Below are positions 32,202 to 33,266 of a stretch of DNA of 33,266 bases, piece by piece. The notes beneath the pieces were generated by a model. It was not told where the DNA came from. It worked only from the letters and a program-made list of their open reading frames with translations, and made no database searches. Source of the DNA: a virus; the IMG/VR virus record IMGVR_UViG_3300009481_000051, positions 1 to 33,266 of that record. One strand, written 5' to 3'. Numbering within the stretch: the first letter of the stretch is position 1; every line of letters begins with the position of its first letter. A program made the translations under genes and the position numbers.

Positions 32202-32866
32202 CACAAAATCCCCCGGCGCTGTTTGCTCACGCGGCTGTAAATGATGTAGCCAGCAAAGCCGACAACTGCCACCAGACCCACCGCAACGATTGCCTGTGCG
32301 ATAGGATCAAGCGCACCGATTGCCGCCAGCGCTGATCCGCTGGCCGTGGCCACCGTGCCGATTGCCGCCTTGTTGGTCCCGCTGTCAAAAAAGCTGGCCG
32401 TCTTGGGCTTGGCCTGCGTCAGCCATTCAGAGACATTGAAGCCGGGGCAGGCTTTGTTGGCAAACTCGTTGTGGCCCTTAACCCATTTTATCGTAGGATA
32501 CCGGGCTTTCAGTTCTTTAAGTTTCGCGCGCAGCCATGCGTCTTGCTTCGGTGTGAAGTGGTCGAAGAACTGGTCGGTCGCCGCACTGCCGTGACCGCCG
32601 AAAAGCACCAGCCCAATAGTGTTGCGGTTGTGGCCTTTGGTGTGCGCACCAATGTCATCAAACACATCGCCGTCACCGTCCAAATCGCGGCCCTTGGCTT
32701 CGGTGCCGTCACGGTCGCAGCCAAGGGCGTAACCTACGTCGCGCCAGCCGCGTTCTTCGACGTGCCAACGCTTGATTTCCGCCATTTTTTCGTCTGCGGA
32801 TTTGCCCGCCATCCAGTCGGGCCGCGTGTCGCTGCAATGAATGATTACGCCTTCGATCTGTCGCAT
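32201..32866 (-). CDS. N-acetylmuramoyl-L-alanine amidase endolysin (Amidase_2/T7-lysozyme-like, 221 aa) with a C-terminal transmembrane tail
   Basis: ATG at 32866 with GGAGAGGGAG upstream. Motifs are VIIHCSDT, RGWRDVGY and KGHNEFANKACPGF (His/His/Cys zinc-ligand pattern). The C-terminus reads IAQAIVAVGLVAVVGFAGYIIYSRVSKQRRGIL. Confidence 0.88.
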   Translation of the reverse strand: MRQIEGVIIHCSDTRPDWMAGKSADEKMAEIKRWHVEERGWRDVGYALGCDRDGTEAKGRDLDGDGDVFDDIGAHTKGHNRNTIGLVLFGGHGSAATDQFFDHFTPKQDAWLRAKLKELKARYPTIKWVKGHNEFANKACPGFNVSEWLTQAKPKTASFFDSGTNKAAIGTVATASGSALAAIGALDPIAQAIVAVGLVAVVGFAGYIIYSRVSKQRRGIL

Positions 32867-32929
32867 GGGTCTCCCTCTCCATCGGTGCCGAATGATCGAC
32901 AGGTAGCACAACCACAGAGGTAGGGCAAA

Positions 32930-33145
32930 TCAATCCTGTTTTTGCGCGTTGGCCTCTGGCGCTTCGGCGTCAATCTCGCGTTCAAGCCGTTGAATTTCGC
33001 CAAGCAGATAATCTTGGCCGGGATCAAGCGCGGGCGGCTGCAGGGCGAACCAGAAAACCAGCCCAATAACGCCGACAGCGCCAGCAATATAGAGATACCA
33101 AAGAACCCCCGTCTTTACGTGGTCTTTTGTGACTGCGTATTTCAC
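32930..33145 (-). CDS. Holin candidate (71 aa) with a single N-terminal TM and a charged C-terminus
   Basis: The GTG start forms a GTGA overlap with the junction-spanning gene. The TM segment is GVLWYLYIAGAVGVIGLVFWFAL. It lies immediately upstream of the endolysin. Confidence 0.55.
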   Translation of the reverse strand: MKYAVTKDHVKTGVLWYLYIAGAVGVIGLVFWFALQPPALDPGQDYLLGEIQRLEREIDAEAPEANAQKQD

Positions 33146-33266
33146 GAGCCAACCCCTAGCAGCTTTACAAGAGCGAAGTACGCGGCGCTAATCGTAATCA
33201 CCACGCCAGAAACAGCCATGAGTATTTTACCGGACATGCCCGTCCACTTGGAAAGAAACAAGATAC
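33142..33266 (-). CDS. 3' part of the junction-spanning small TM protein gene; bases 33182-33266 duplicate 1-85
   Basis: It reads in frame from the copy of bases 1-85 and ends ...ISAAYFALVKLLGVGS* at 33142. Confidence 0.6.
   Translation of the reverse strand, partial: ILFLSKWTGMSGKILMAVSGVVITISAAYFALVKLLGVGS
33182..33266. repeat. Terminal overlap copy 2, identical to 1-85
   Basis: Direct comparison of the two ends. Confidence 0.95.

Noticed and set aside
1-33266. A diversity-generating retroelement, considered because of the BPP-1-like head genes and a repeat-containing fibre
   Set aside because: I found no reverse-transcriptase-like ORF (no YxDD-type motif) and no template/variable repeat pair near the tail fibre gene.
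1-33266. An integrated prophage or mobile element with att sites or terminal repeats
   Set aside because: No integrase, excisionase, repressor or flanking host genes are present. The 85-bp end repeat lies inside a phage gene and is best explained by circular closure.

Overview
The window is a complete small tailed-phage genome written as a linearised circle. Bases 1-85 are identical to 33182-33266, so the unique length is 33,181 bp. GC content looks moderately high, and several proteins look alphaproteobacterial-phage-like from memory; I could not verify that. Almost all of the sequence is coding. Two gene blocks diverge from a 118-bp control region (27110-27227).

(1) The rightward early block (27228-31626) encodes:
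- a hexapeptide-repeat beta-helix protein, a very acidic small protein and several other small proteins;
- two FCS-type Zn-ribbon proteins, one of them split by a frameshift at a G6 run;
- an HNH endonuclease;
- a YqaJ-type exonuclease with a translationally coupled unknown partner.

(2) The leftward block is very long and tightly coupled. It runs from 27109 down to 1 and continues through the circular junction to 31629. In order it encodes:
- a replication-initiator-like wHTH protein, an orphan DNA methyltransferase, TerS, a DUF551-like protein and a VRR-NUC nuclease;
- an island of small genes that includes a wHTH protein;
- TerL, two unknown genes and an Arg-rich protein;
- portal, scaffold, major capsid protein, a decoration-like protein and an intrinsic terminator;
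- a T7 gp11/gp12-like adaptor and nozzle;
- four internal/ejection-type proteins of 163, 839, 1121 and 818 aa;
- a tail fibre with an S74 chaperone domain;
- a lysis cassette: two small TM proteins, an Amidase_2 endolysin with a C-terminal TM tail, a lipoprotein-like protein and overlapped i-/o-spanins.

I found no integrase, repressor, DNA or RNA polymerase, reverse transcriptase, tRNA or CRISPR array.

Most interesting observations:
- the 1121-aa virion protein carries a ParB/Srx-like domain plus a zeta-toxin-like P-loop kinase domain, which fits the 'polyvalent' injected-effector architecture;
- the first early gene contains 12 near-identical 18-bp repeats;
- the endolysin is membrane-anchored through its C-terminus;
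- the Zn-ribbon gene is frameshifted at a G6 run;
- the replication gene contains an in-frame hexanucleotide array with phased GATC sites.
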